Shown here: one piece after another, positions 35,887-44,155 of the stretch
How the letters are laid out: each line of letters opens with the position of its first letter
Position numbering within the stretch: the stretch's first letter is position 1
Source of the DNA: a virus
Length of the DNA: 64,000 bases
IMG/VR virus record: IMGVR_UViG_3300034418_007766
Location: 1 to 64,000 of that record
Reading direction: 5' to 3' (one strand)
Notes under the pieces: model-generated
What the model was told of the DNA's origin: nothing
Database searches by the model: none
What the model saw: only the letters and a program-made list of their open reading frames with translations
Position numbers and translations under genes: made by a program

Positions 35887-36541
35887 TTGCCATTGGAAAA
35901 ATTTCTGCGATGACTTTAGCACACTGGACAGCGATTTCCATGTGTTCTTTTTGTGTTCCATTTGCACCTCTTAATTCAATATAATGTATCCAGCTACGCA
36001 AACTACCATTCATATACAATCTTGTTTTTGTAAGTCCTTCCGGTAACACAGCTCTAGCTTGCTCTTTCGCAATGCCATTCTCAATAGCCCAGTTATAGGC
36101 ATCTTGTGCTGCTCTAATGACTTCACCTTGTTTGCTATCCCACATCATTTGTAGACGTTCGTCATCTGTTTCAATTGAATTTTGTCTATTTTTATTGTCT
36201 TGTAAACGTGCTTCACGCTTAACAAACATGTCGCCCATTTCTTGTGGATTTGCATAACGCTGACTAAACTCTTGGAACGCAAAACTACGATGACGCACAA
36301 TTTGGTGTGCAATATCTCTTGTAGTATCAATCTCCATACATACGTTAACCATTTCCAGTGGGCTCCAGTGGGCATGTTTGATCAAATACTTAACAAGTTT
36401 TTCACTTGTTTCTGAATTCATTTGATTTGCAGGATTTGAAACCCTAGCACAATATGCTACAAGATCTAGCAGATTATTATCTTTAATGCCTTCTTTTACA
36501 AATTCTTCTGTTGCTTTTGTGTAACTTACTAATCTAATCAT
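35867..36541 (-). CDS. thyX: flavin-dependent thymidylate synthase
   Basis: HWSPLE, RHRSFAFQEFSQRY, EQARAVLP and TQKEH; start MIRLV at 36541. Confidence 0.95.
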   Translation of the reverse strand: MIRLVSYTKATEEFVKEGIKDNNLLDLVAYCARVSNPANQMNSETSEKLVKYLIKHAHWSPLEMVNVCMEIDTTRDIAHQIVRHRSFAFQEFSQRYANPQEMGDMFVKREARLQDNKNRQNSIETDDERLQMMWDSKQGEVIRAAQDAYNWAIENGIAKEQARAVLPEGLTKTRLYMNGSLRSWIHYIELRGANGTQKEHMEIAVQCAKVIAEIFPMANGLSKL

Positions 36542-37229
36542 TATTTTCCTCATATAGTTTGTTTGCGTTAAGTATATACCTACCTGCTTTAATTTTTATA
36601 AACAATTGATCATTTATGTAAATGCCTTTCTTTTTTACGTTTATTTGTAATTTTTGTTGTCTGCATTTATTTAAATAATCTTGGTTTACAGCATGTCTAT
36701 AGATACCAAAACATTGTTCGTTTTCGTTTGTATGTAGTTTTTTTGCATAGTAACCTAAATTTAAAATACTATCAAAATCAATTTTGTATTCACTGGGCAA
36801 ATAATCTTCAATATTAAACACCGCAATTTTCACTTTTTGATTGGGCAGATAAGGCAATAATGTATGCCTTAGTTTACCTGGTTCTAAATAGGTTTGTGGA
36901 TCATTAATTGGACGTTTACTGTAGGAAATACTAAAAGGATCTATAATAATTTTTTCTTGTAGCAAAAAATAAGTTGATAAAATCGTTTTATACCCATTTG
37001 AATTGGGGATATCTGATAGTGTCCATTTGCTTGTATCTACATTTGGTAAAGGGCCAGTGTCGTATAAATCTCTAAAAAGAATATTAAAACGATTCTCTAT
37101 GTGATTAAGTTCTTTTGGATAAATTGATAGCCATTTATAACTATCAATTTCATATAAAGCCCTATTTGTAGGCAATGAGTCTAATTTTCTATGGGTATCT
37201 AAATCAAACATTTTCAAAAGGCCACTCAT
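36534..37229 (-). CDS. hypothetical protein (very AT-rich)
   Basis: 231 aa ORF, no recognised motif. Confidence 0.6.
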   Translation of the reverse strand: MSGLLKMFDLDTHRKLDSLPTNRALYEIDSYKWLSIYPKELNHIENRFNILFRDLYDTGPLPNVDTSKWTLSDIPNSNGYKTILSTYFLLQEKIIIDPFSISYSKRPINDPQTYLEPGKLRHTLLPYLPNQKVKIAVFNIEDYLPSEYKIDFDSILNLGYYAKKLHTNENEQCFGIYRHAVNQDYLNKCRQQKLQINVKKKGIYINDQLFIKIKAGRYILNANKLYEENND

Positions 37230-37392
37230 TATATTTGCCTTTTAAATTATTAATTCTATTTTGTAAGAAATTAATTGTAGTGTTAATATGACCTGTATCA
37301 TGTGGTTGTAGTAACGTCTTGTAATACGCTATTTCTTCTTCTAATACGCTAATGCGCACAATATCATTTATCAGTTTCTTGTGTTCTTTCAT
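37204..37392 (-). CDS. hypothetical protein
   Basis: 62 aa; DTGHINT.I..L..R motif. Confidence 0.6.
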   Translation of the reverse strand: MKEHKKLINDIVRISVLEEEIAYYKTLLQPHDTGHINTTINFLQNRINNLKGKYNEWPFENV

Positions 37393-37573
37393 TTAGCATT
37401 TTCCTCATTGCGTTGGTTGCTGTTTTTGTAAAAAATCTTGGCGCAACACTATGAATAATTACTGCTGGCACAAGTAATTGTAATTTTAGTGCAATTAAAA
37501 GTGCTTTACCCATGTGTTGTAAACCTGTTTCGTTTACCTCTGCTAAATGTGCTTTGCATTGTTTGCTAAACAT
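37364..37573 (-). CDS. small hypothetical protein (DUF6356-like)
   Basis: HL..V.ET..QH...IH...P..F...A pattern. Confidence 0.55.
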   Translation of the reverse strand: MFSKQCKAHLAEVNETGLQHMGKALLIALKLQLLVPAVIIHSVAPRFFTKTATNAMRKMLNERTQETDK

Positions 37574-37914
37574 CAGTCTCCCTTTCCTGGGGCTTCGCTA
37601 AAATATTGCATTTTGCCTTCAACACCTTGCCATTGTTCCGCATCCTCAGGAACATCTTCTGGACGAGCAGTTGTAATATTAGGCCATACATCTGCCCACT
37701 TATTATTGAACTCTACCCATTGGTGCGCTCCATCTACTGTGTCAGGTAAAATAGCATCTGCAGGACATTCAGGTTCACATACTCCACAGTCGATGCATTC
37801 ATCTGGTTTGATTACCAACATGTTTTCACCTTCATAAAAACAGTCCACAGGACAAACCTCAACGCAGTCCATATGTTTACATTTAATACACTGATCATTT
37901 ACGATATATGTCAT
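37573..37914 (-). CDS. fdxA: 7Fe ferredoxin FdxA
   Basis: [18 protein letters not shown]...[17 protein letters not shown]. Confidence 0.93.
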   Translation of the reverse strand: MTYIVNDQCIKCKHMDCVEVCPVDCFYEGENMLVIKPDECIDCGVCEPECPADAILPDTVDGAHQWVEFNNKWADVWPNITTARPEDVPEDAEQWQGVEGKMQYFSEAPGKGD

Positions 37915-38974
37915 TAAATACCTCTTCTAAATTTTTTATATGATTTGTATTATGCTGTAACACTTCTTTCATTTCATTAAGCATAATTTTACATTCATTA
38001 TAAGATAGATTTGCAATTTTGTCTATCTGATTTTTTATCTTTATTATTCTTTTGCGATGATCGTGCTCTGTGTCGTAGCTTTCGTCCCACCATTTTTCAA
38101 ATGTTTTAAATCCTAATTTTCGCAATAAATCTAAAGTTAATGGAGGTGCTGCAAGTATAAACGGTCTATGACAAAGCATTGGATCCAAAGTTTTTTCACT
38201 AAAATTTGCAAATTGGCTATCATAAAAAGTTTCGGTTACAATGCTACAAAAAGCATTTTGATAATTACTATGCATATCCTCTGTTTGAATTTCTTGATTA
38301 TTTGGATACAAAGGAATTTTAAGTTCAAGCAATTTATTTTGATAAAAATCTAATTCGTTTGCAGTATAGTTTCTACTATAATCTTGGTCTTTATTGTAAT
38401 AAGATATAATGCTAATGTCTTTATGATTTGCATATAAATGAGAAGCTAGTATTCTTCTGTGTATTTTATCTTTAAAATTTGGACAGAAAAATTTGAAATC
38501 AAATTCTTTTTTGAAATCTACTGTTATTTGTGATAAATTAGAAGATTCATACCAAAGATATGCATCTAAATAAGTCATATTGTCAAAGTATCTTTCTAAC
38601 CCTTGATTTGGCATATACTGATGAAATAAAATACCAAGACTATTGATAAATTCATATTCATTACAATACTTCTCAGGCATTCTTCCTAGATAAACTCTTT
38701 CAAAGTCTATAGCATCTTTAGGAAGAATATTTACAGGTTCAAAATTAAACCAACTTACTTTATATGGTCCTAAGTGTTGTAAAATTTCACTAAAATCGTG
38801 TTCTTCATCATCAGGTGGATCTTGAATAGTATCAAATTGAACTGCTATAGGAAGTTTAGCATTTTTTGCTAGAAATTTAACACCTTCGTGCCTATAGTCA
38901 TCAAATGGATCCATAGGCTGTAAATTTTGATCGACTACTAGATATTGGTTGTGTAAATTAACAAAGTAAATCAA
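37895..38974 (-). CDS. hypothetical protein, possibly glycosyltransferase-related; paralog of 17699..18736
   Basis: FCSIVTET...SEKT...RPF...GFKTF..WWDESYD motif. Confidence 0.6.
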   Translation of the reverse strand: MIYFVNLHNQYLVVDQNLQPMDPFDDYRHEGVKFLAKNAKLPIAVQFDTIQDPPDDEEHDFSEILQHLGPYKVSWFNFEPVNILPKDAIDFERVYLGRMPEKYCNEYEFINSLGILFHQYMPNQGLERYFDNMTYLDAYLWYESSNLSQITVDFKKEFDFKFFCPNFKDKIHRRILASHLYANHKDISIISYYNKDQDYSRNYTANELDFYQNKLLELKIPLYPNNQEIQTEDMHSNYQNAFCSIVTETFYDSQFANFSEKTLDPMLCHRPFILAAPPLTLDLLRKLGFKTFEKWWDESYDTEHDHRKRIIKIKNQIDKIANLSYNECKIMLNEMKEVLQHNTNHIKNLEEVFNDIYRK

Positions 38975-39885
38975 AGTTGTCCCAGTCTAATTAATGTTGC
39001 TGCAAGATTGATTTCAGGATCAACAACTAATGTGTGATCAACTAAACCTTGCTTAATAATTAGCACTGCTTTGTCTTGTTGTTCGTCTGTTCCGAACAGT
39101 TCAATGTTGTCATACAACCAACGATAAATTTCTTCCATTTCTTCTGCTCGCACAGTGCCACACAACAGTTTTCTAGCATCGTGGATCTTGCCTGCTTTGA
39201 ACAGTTCTACCATATCCAGTTTCCAGTCGCTTTCACCTGTGTCGCCTTCTTGCGGACTAACAAGTTTGCCTTCAACTGAATTCATTTGCACCATATTGAT
39301 ACATTTTCTTAAATCAGGATACGTTGCTTTGACATAAGTGTCGAGAGTATCCAAATCCGGAGTAATACCTTCAGTGATGAGAATTTCAGCGACCCTAGCA
39401 GTAAATTCAGTTTGATCGATCTTGGCAATATGGAAACCTTGGCACCTGCTGTGAATAGCCGGAATAATACGGTTAGGATAGTTACAAGTAAGTATGAACC
39501 TAGCAGTAGTATGATATTCTTCCATAACACCACGCAGTGCGGCTTGTGCATTAGGTGACAGATAGTCTGCCTCATCAAGTAATACAACTTTAAAATCTCC
39601 AAATGGAATCATTTGCACAAATGACACAATCTTGTCTCGAACATCATCTACTGAGTTTGTGCGACTTGCGTTGATTTCTAATATGTCTAATGGATTTACA
39701 TCCAGCTCATTAAAAAGTAGTTTAGCAAGAGTAGTTTTACCAATCCCAGCATTGCCACTAAAAAGCAAATGCGGAATAGTTTTGTCTTTGATCCATGTTT
39801 TGACTTGATTTCGTTGTGCGTCATCTCTAAATACATATCCATCAACGGTTTTTGGACGATACTTTTCTACCCATAATTCTTTCAA
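38971..39885 (-). CDS. clamp loader AAA+ subunit (RFC small/gp44-like)
   Basis: WVEKYRP, GNAGIGKT, INAS, LDEAD and SRC; probable TTG start 39885 behind GGAG (ATG 39897 is an alternative). Confidence 0.93.
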   Translation of the reverse strand: MKELWVEKYRPKTVDGYVFRDDAQRNQVKTWIKDKTIPHLLFSGNAGIGKTTLAKLLFNELDVNPLDILEINASRTNSVDDVRDKIVSFVQMIPFGDFKVVLLDEADYLSPNAQAALRGVMEEYHTTARFILTCNYPNRIIPAIHSRCQGFHIAKIDQTEFTARVAEILITEGITPDLDTLDTYVKATYPDLRKCINMVQMNSVEGKLVSPQEGDTGESDWKLDMVELFKAGKIHDARKLLCGTVRAEEMEEIYRWLYDNIELFGTDEQQDKAVLIIKQGLVDHTLVVDPEINLAATLIRLGQL

Positions 39886-40024
39886 GTTCTTCTCCATATT
39901 GCTGTTCGAATTTTTTAATTAGTTGTGCCATCATGGGGCTGTAGTCGTCTTCCATGATTTCTCTGAGACTTACTTTACGCTTCTTCGTCATTGGACGATA
40001 CTTTTCTACCCATAATTCTTTCAT
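39842..40024 (-). CDS. 60 aa chimeric ORF starting with the duplicated clamp-loader N-terminus
   Basis: MKELWVEKYRPMTKKRKVSLREIMEDD...; ATGA overlap with the upstream gene. Confidence 0.5.
   Translation of the reverse strand: MKELWVEKYRPMTKKRKVSLREIMEDDYSPMMAQLIKKFEQQYGEELERIMGRKVSSKNR
39852..40023. repeat. perfect 33-bp direct repeat (39852..39884 and 39991..40023)
   Basis: TTGGACGATACTTTTCTACCCATAATTCTTTCA occurs twice with a 139-bp period; encodes KELWVEKYRP on the minus strand. Confidence 0.95.
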
Positions 40025-40209
40025 TCTTCTTCCTGTTCCCAATAACGAACGTAAAAGTGTTTGCCACATGCATCAATTTCTGACTGTGGATAACCTTCGC
40101 TCAACAGCCAAGGAAAGATACTTTCATCTTCGCCCAAGTCTGCAGGTAAAGGTTTAGGAAAGCCATATTTCCATCCGCTGGGCGGATCACACATTGTTAC
40201 TTTAGCCAA
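40021..40209 (-). CDS. hypothetical protein
   Basis: DPPSGWKYGFPK and WL...GYP motifs; GGAGG RBS. Confidence 0.7.
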   Translation of the reverse strand: MAKVTMCDPPSGWKYGFPKPLPADLGEDESIFPWLLSEGYPQSEIDACGKHFYVRYWEQEEE

Positions 40210-40447
40210 AACGAGCCTCCGATAGCTTTTCTCTTACTCTACGAGTATACCATGTTTGCGGGTTCTTGTCAATCATTTCAATTAAAAACTGCCAATCTTC
40301 TCGTTCGAACACTTTAACAACATCTGCATCTTTTGTCACAGTGTATCCACGGCTGTTGAGTTCGTCAATAAGTTCTTGATCATCCATTTCGTTGATAACA
40401 TCATCAACATAAACGTCTACATCTACAGTTACAGTCTTATAGCCCAT
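40202..40447 (-). CDS. hypothetical protein
   Basis: 81 aa; AAGGAGG RBS; D.ELI.EL..RG motif. Confidence 0.7.
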   Translation of the reverse strand: MGYKTVTVDVDVYVDDVINEMDDQELIDELNSRGYTVTKDADVVKVFEREDWQFLIEMIDKNPQTWYTRRVREKLSEARFG

Positions 40448-40569
40448 CTGTGTCCTCCTTGACTTTTTTAGCGATGGTTTTGTGAATACCAGGGTTAACT
40501 TTCATTAGTTTTCCATTTCGGTCTTCACTCCGTGATAGTTTTCTCTGCTAAACTTCATACGACTATCCT

Positions 40570-40752
40570 TTATCTCGGCAAGATTTTCATCCAAAGAAAA
40601 TCAATAAACCACATTTCATCTTTTTTACCAATACTAAACAAACTTCGACCAACATCATACTCAAAATCATTTTCAAGGTAACAAATACTAAAGTGCCATT
40701 CACTATCATAATAGTGACGATAGAAGCTGACCAATTCAAACTTTAGCATCAT
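40570..40752 (-). CDS. hypothetical protein
   Basis: 60 aa, GGAG RBS. Confidence 0.5.
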   Translation of the reverse strand: MMLKFELVSFYRHYYDSEWHFSICYLENDFEYDVGRSLFSIGKKDEMWFIDFLWMKILPR

Positions 40753-40814
40753 GTAAACTTCTCCACATCTCTTGCTAACAATAGCAGCCTTTTCTTACGA
40801 AGTCTAGTCATTTT

Positions 40815-41285
40815 TTAATCCCACAAATTTTCATAATATTTGCCAAACAGTCTAAAACCATTTGACATACGGTCTTGGTGTGCCTTTGCGCCTTCTTGAT
40901 CCCACTTGTTGTAGTGATAATCTTCCATCCAATCATCACGACACTTTTGTTCAAATGCCCAGATCATTTCGTCCATAACCCAATCCCACCGCTTAAAAAA
41001 TTTGTCAGGAGCAGAACCGTCCTTGTCGAACGCTGACTGTTCTTTTTTAGTCATATGCAATTCTTTAGGCACATGGCTATCGTCTACTATAGGAGCACCG
41101 TGTTTGGTTTCCTTCAACTGTTTTAGCATGGGCAAGATAATAGGAGCAAGTGTATGATCCATACTCCATGTATCATAGTTGTGTATTTTTATCCGCGTCT
41201 TTTGTTTTGGTGAATAACCAAACCATTTGTAAAGCCAATTGTGATAAAACCTATGATTAGGATATGGTCCTATATACACTTTCAT
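40815..41285 (-). CDS. conserved T4-like phage hypothetical protein
   Basis: DTWSMDHTLA.II.PMLKQL...KHGAP, RWDWV.DEMI.AF and GF.LFGKYY..LWD. Confidence 0.75.
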   Translation of the reverse strand: MKVYIGPYPNHRFYHNWLYKWFGYSPKQKTRIKIHNYDTWSMDHTLAPIILPMLKQLKETKHGAPIVDDSHVPKELHMTKKEQSAFDKDGSAPDKFFKRWDWVMDEMIWAFEQKCRDDWMEDYHYNKWDQEGAKAHQDRMSNGFRLFGKYYENLWD

Positions 41286-41560
41286 TTAATCAGCGAGCTC
41301 CATACTTTTAGTTTTTCTAATTTTACGTCTGCTCGATTCTGTAATTCGATCCAGTCTGTGATTCCATGTTCAACCATCAGTTCCATCATACAAAATACAT
41401 CACCTAGTTCTTCTACTAGTTTAACACGCTGTTCCTCTTCAATCAAGTCTAAAGTTTCATACTTGCGCATTATTTTACTACAACGTTGTGTAAGTTCACC
41501 ACATTCTTCCATTGTGATTGTCATCAACTGCTGTAGTGTGTTTATAGGATTATTTTGCAA
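41282..41560 (-). CDS. MazG-like nucleotide pyrophosphohydrolase
   Basis: EECGEL...EELGDV all-alpha NTP-PPase motif. Confidence 0.8.
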   Translation of the reverse strand: MQNNPINTLQQLMTITMEECGELTQRCSKIMRKYETLDLIEEEQRVKLVEELGDVFCMMELMVEHGITDWIELQNRADVKLEKLKVWSSLIK

Positions 41561-42077
41561 TACCTAACTCCTTGTAAACCATTTGCACACCTTTAGCTTG
41601 GAAGTATGCATCTGCTAGTGCATTGTGTAAATCACTTTGCATTGCTTTACGTGGATCAACTTTTGCCATAGCAAACAATGTTCTACTATCTCGCACCTGC
41701 CAAAACTGCCAAGGGATATTTTTGTTACGTTGTCTTAGCATGTCTTCTATAATTGTAATATCAAAGCCATAGCCATGTCCCCAAAGCACATCAACATTGC
41801 TCATCCATTTAGGCAAACTATCAAGAAAAGTATCGATATGATCTCGTCCTTCTGTGCCAAATGCTTCTTCTTGCACTTTTGCATCTTGTGTTGCCCACCA
41901 AGCAATAGTATCATCATTTACACTGCGATCTTGGCTATCTAAGTCTAGTTTATAGTAAAACTCACTGTGAGGTTCGCTATCATTGTTTGGGTCAAACTTT
42001 ACACCGCCTACAGTTAATACAGATGCTCTAGGAGTTACATCAAGTGTTTCTAAGTCAATCATTGCGTGAGTAGCCAT
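41550..42077 (-). CDS. DEDDh 3'-5' exonuclease (DexA-like)
   Basis: MIDLETL, FD, RDSRT and HNALADA. Confidence 0.88.
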   Translation of the reverse strand: MATHAMIDLETLDVTPRASVLTVGGVKFDPNNDSEPHSEFYYKLDLDSQDRSVNDDTIAWWATQDAKVQEEAFGTEGRDHIDTFLDSLPKWMSNVDVLWGHGYGFDITIIEDMLRQRNKNIPWQFWQVRDSRTLFAMAKVDPRKAMQSDLHNALADAYFQAKGVQMVYKELGIAK

Positions 42078-42274
42078 TAAAAGTTTTCCTCTATTTGTTT
42101 AATGTGTTTACACTTTTTAAAAGCAGGACAATCACAACTAAAGCCTGCGTTTTGCATTTCGATTTTATATTCAGTGCCTTTGCTGCCGACAGCAGACCAC
42201 ACTGTGCCTACTGCCCAGTGATTTTTAGTGTTTATAATTTCGCTTGGATAAACTTTTAGTCCGTATTTAGACAT
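42077..42274 (-). CDS. SWIM zinc-finger protein
   Basis: GSKG..Y...CDCPAFKKCKH. Confidence 0.8.
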   Translation of the reverse strand: MSKYGLKVYPSEIINTKNHWAVGTVWSAVGSKGTEYKIEMQNAGFSCDCPAFKKCKHIKQIEENF

Positions 42275-42278
42275 AGCC

Positions 42279-42329
42279 CACTCTGTGTTGTTACAATACT
42301 TTTATAGCACAAACAACACAGAGTGTCAA
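42279..42329 (-). promoter_or_regulatory. sigma70-like promoter embedded in a 14-bp inverted repeat
   Basis: Minus strand TTGACA-N17-TATAAA with extended TG; inverted repeat arms at 42279..42292 and 42312..42325. Confidence 0.7.
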
Positions 42330-42332
42330 CCA

Positions 42333-43019
42333 TTATTCCCTATTTCCAAGTAGTGATAATAACAATTGGAAAAGGTTTACAAAATCTAAGTATAAACTTA
42401 ATGCCATTTGCACACCATACTTTTCTGCTACTTCCATGCTGGGTGCAGAAAGGTATAAGTTCTTTGCAGTTTGTGTATCCCATGCTGTCATACCTACAAA
42501 AATAAGCACACCAATGATACTGATAGCAAAAGCAAATGCACTACTTGCTAGAAAGATATTTACAATACTAGCAATAATAATGCCAATCAAGCCTACAATG
42601 AGAAAACTACCTATTGTGGTGAGGTCACGTTTTGTAGTGTATCCGTAGAGACTGGCGGCTGCGAATGTTGCTGCTGTGATAAAAAATACTTGAGCTATAC
42701 TCATCGCTGTATACACCACAAAGATAGTGCTCATACTTACACCCATTACTGCTGTAAATGCATAGTAAAAACGTGTAATGCCCTGTAGGCTCCAGTTTTG
42801 TCCTGCAAAGCCATAATATAAAATCATACCTAGCGGGGCAAACATAAACAGCCACATAAGGCTGCCCATACTATATACCATACCTGTTGTATAAACAAGG
42901 TAGGCAATAAAACCACTCACTGCTAATCCTGTAGCGGTGTGGTTATACATATTGATCATAAATTTACGCAAGCCTTCGTCGTATGCTTGACTTGCAATAT
43001 TTGCGGTTCTTGCTACCAT
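42333..43019 (-). CDS. Bax inhibitor-1/YccA family membrane protein
   Basis: Seven TM helices, YGYTTKRDL, AWDTQ and ALSLYLDFVNLF. Confidence 0.92.
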   Translation of the reverse strand: MVARTANIASQAYDEGLRKFMINMYNHTATGLAVSGFIAYLVYTTGMVYSMGSLMWLFMFAPLGMILYYGFAGQNWSLQGITRFYYAFTAVMGVSMSTIFVVYTAMSIAQVFFITAATFAAASLYGYTTKRDLTTIGSFLIVGLIGIIIASIVNIFLASSAFAFAISIIGVLIFVGMTAWDTQTAKNLYLSAPSMEVAEKYGVQMALSLYLDFVNLFQLLLSLLGNRE

Positions 43020-43020
43020 A

Positions 43021-43380
43021 TTAGTCTCCTATAAACTGTGCAAGTTCTGGAGCCTTCCATCCTTCTGGCTTCAATACCTTGCCATCTTCACGCTTACGAA
43101 CTTTGCCTGTTTCTGGATCAATCTTAGCAAAGTTTGTATCCATTACTTCTTTCCAAGCACCTTCGCCATCGTAGCCACCAGCACGTATAGCACCCATAGT
43201 AACAACAAGAATATCGATTAGTGCATCTAGTTGTTCTACACGATCATCTGCTGCAATAGCATCTGCAAGTTCGTTGTATTCTTCTGCAATAAGACTGAGA
43301 TACATATCATAGTTTGCTTCTGATGGCTCTTGATCACACGCTGAGCCAAAGCGTTCAATATCTGCAAATGGATTTGTCAT
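43021..43380 (-). CDS. MazG/PRA-PH-like nucleoside triphosphate pyrophosphohydrolase
   Basis: LIAEEYNEL, DALIDI..V, N..K and REDGKVLKPEGW. Confidence 0.85.
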   Translation of the reverse strand: MTNPFADIERFGSACDQEPSEANYDMYLSLIAEEYNELADAIAADDRVEQLDALIDILVVTMGAIRAGGYDGEGAWKEVMDTNFAKIDPETGKVRKREDGKVLKPEGWKAPELAQFIGD

Positions 43381-43737
43381 TTACACCTCATCGGCCATAT
43401 ATACATCTTCAGGCTTATCTACACTAAACGCAAGAATACAATCTGCATCAATCATACGCAATTCAGTCTCGCCTTCGCCTTCGTTAATGTTTACACCTCT
43501 TGTCCAACGACCGTGTTCGACTAAAATCCAATCGCCAACATTATATTCATCCTTGTTATTAGGACCTTTACTATGCACTTGTCCCCAACGTGGATAAATG
43601 CCTCGTGATTGACCGTTGTCGTCTACAATGATCAAGCCACTTTTTGTTTTTTGTTCACCAAAATACATATTTTTTACAATTACCCTATCTCCAATAGGAG
43701 TTAGCTTACCGCTAATAGTATTTAGATTGATAGCCAT
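43381..43737 (-). CDS. GroES-like co-chaperonin
   Basis: LTPIGDRVIV, TKSGLII, G.V...GP and VGD.IL. Confidence 0.85.
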   Translation of the reverse strand: MAINLNTISGKLTPIGDRVIVKNMYFGEQKTKSGLIIVDDNGQSRGIYPRWGQVHSKGPNNKDEYNVGDWILVEHGRWTRGVNINEGEGETELRMIDADCILAFSVDKPEDVYMADEV

Positions 43738-44141
43738 TATTCACCTTTTCTAATAAAATTTCCATCTTCGTCTTCGATCCATTCTGGTTCTTCAGATTTG
43801 GTTTCAGTTTTAGTTTTTGTTGTTGTAGTAGCTTTAGGTTTTGGTGCAGGATCTTCTACAACTGGTTCTGCATCAAATTCTTCAAATTCTTCAACTTCAC
43901 TTTTAGATAGTGCAGTTTCCTTAACAACTACTTCGTTTCTCATACCAGTAGTAGACTTGTAGTAGTCTTTAAGCACGTCTTCCCTTTTTCTAATGATTTT
44001 GCCACCTGGACCTAACATATCACCACGTGCATTGACTTTTGCATTTCCTACAGCAGGTGTTAGTTCGTTTCGACTAATCAGTAGATCAAGGTCAACTTGT
44101 TTACCTCTAGCTGTCCTGTATATCTTGCGACCTTGAGCCAT
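43737..44141 (-). CDS. conserved hypothetical protein
   Basis: YRTA.GK.VD, AVGN.KVNARGD.LG.GG.I; acidic/Thr-rich tail. Confidence 0.7.
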   Translation of the reverse strand: MAQGRKIYRTARGKQVDLDLLISRNELTPAVGNAKVNARGDMLGPGGKIIRKREDVLKDYYKSTTGMRNEVVVKETALSKSEVEEFEEFDAEPVVEDPAPKPKATTTTKTKTETKSEEPEWIEDEDGNFIRKGE

Positions 44142-44155
44142 TTTATCTCCTTTTG

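Noticed and set aside
39852-40023. IS element or MITE with target-site duplication
   Set aside because: No terminal inverted repeats or transposase, and 33 bp is much longer than typical IS duplications; reported as a recombinational duplication instead.
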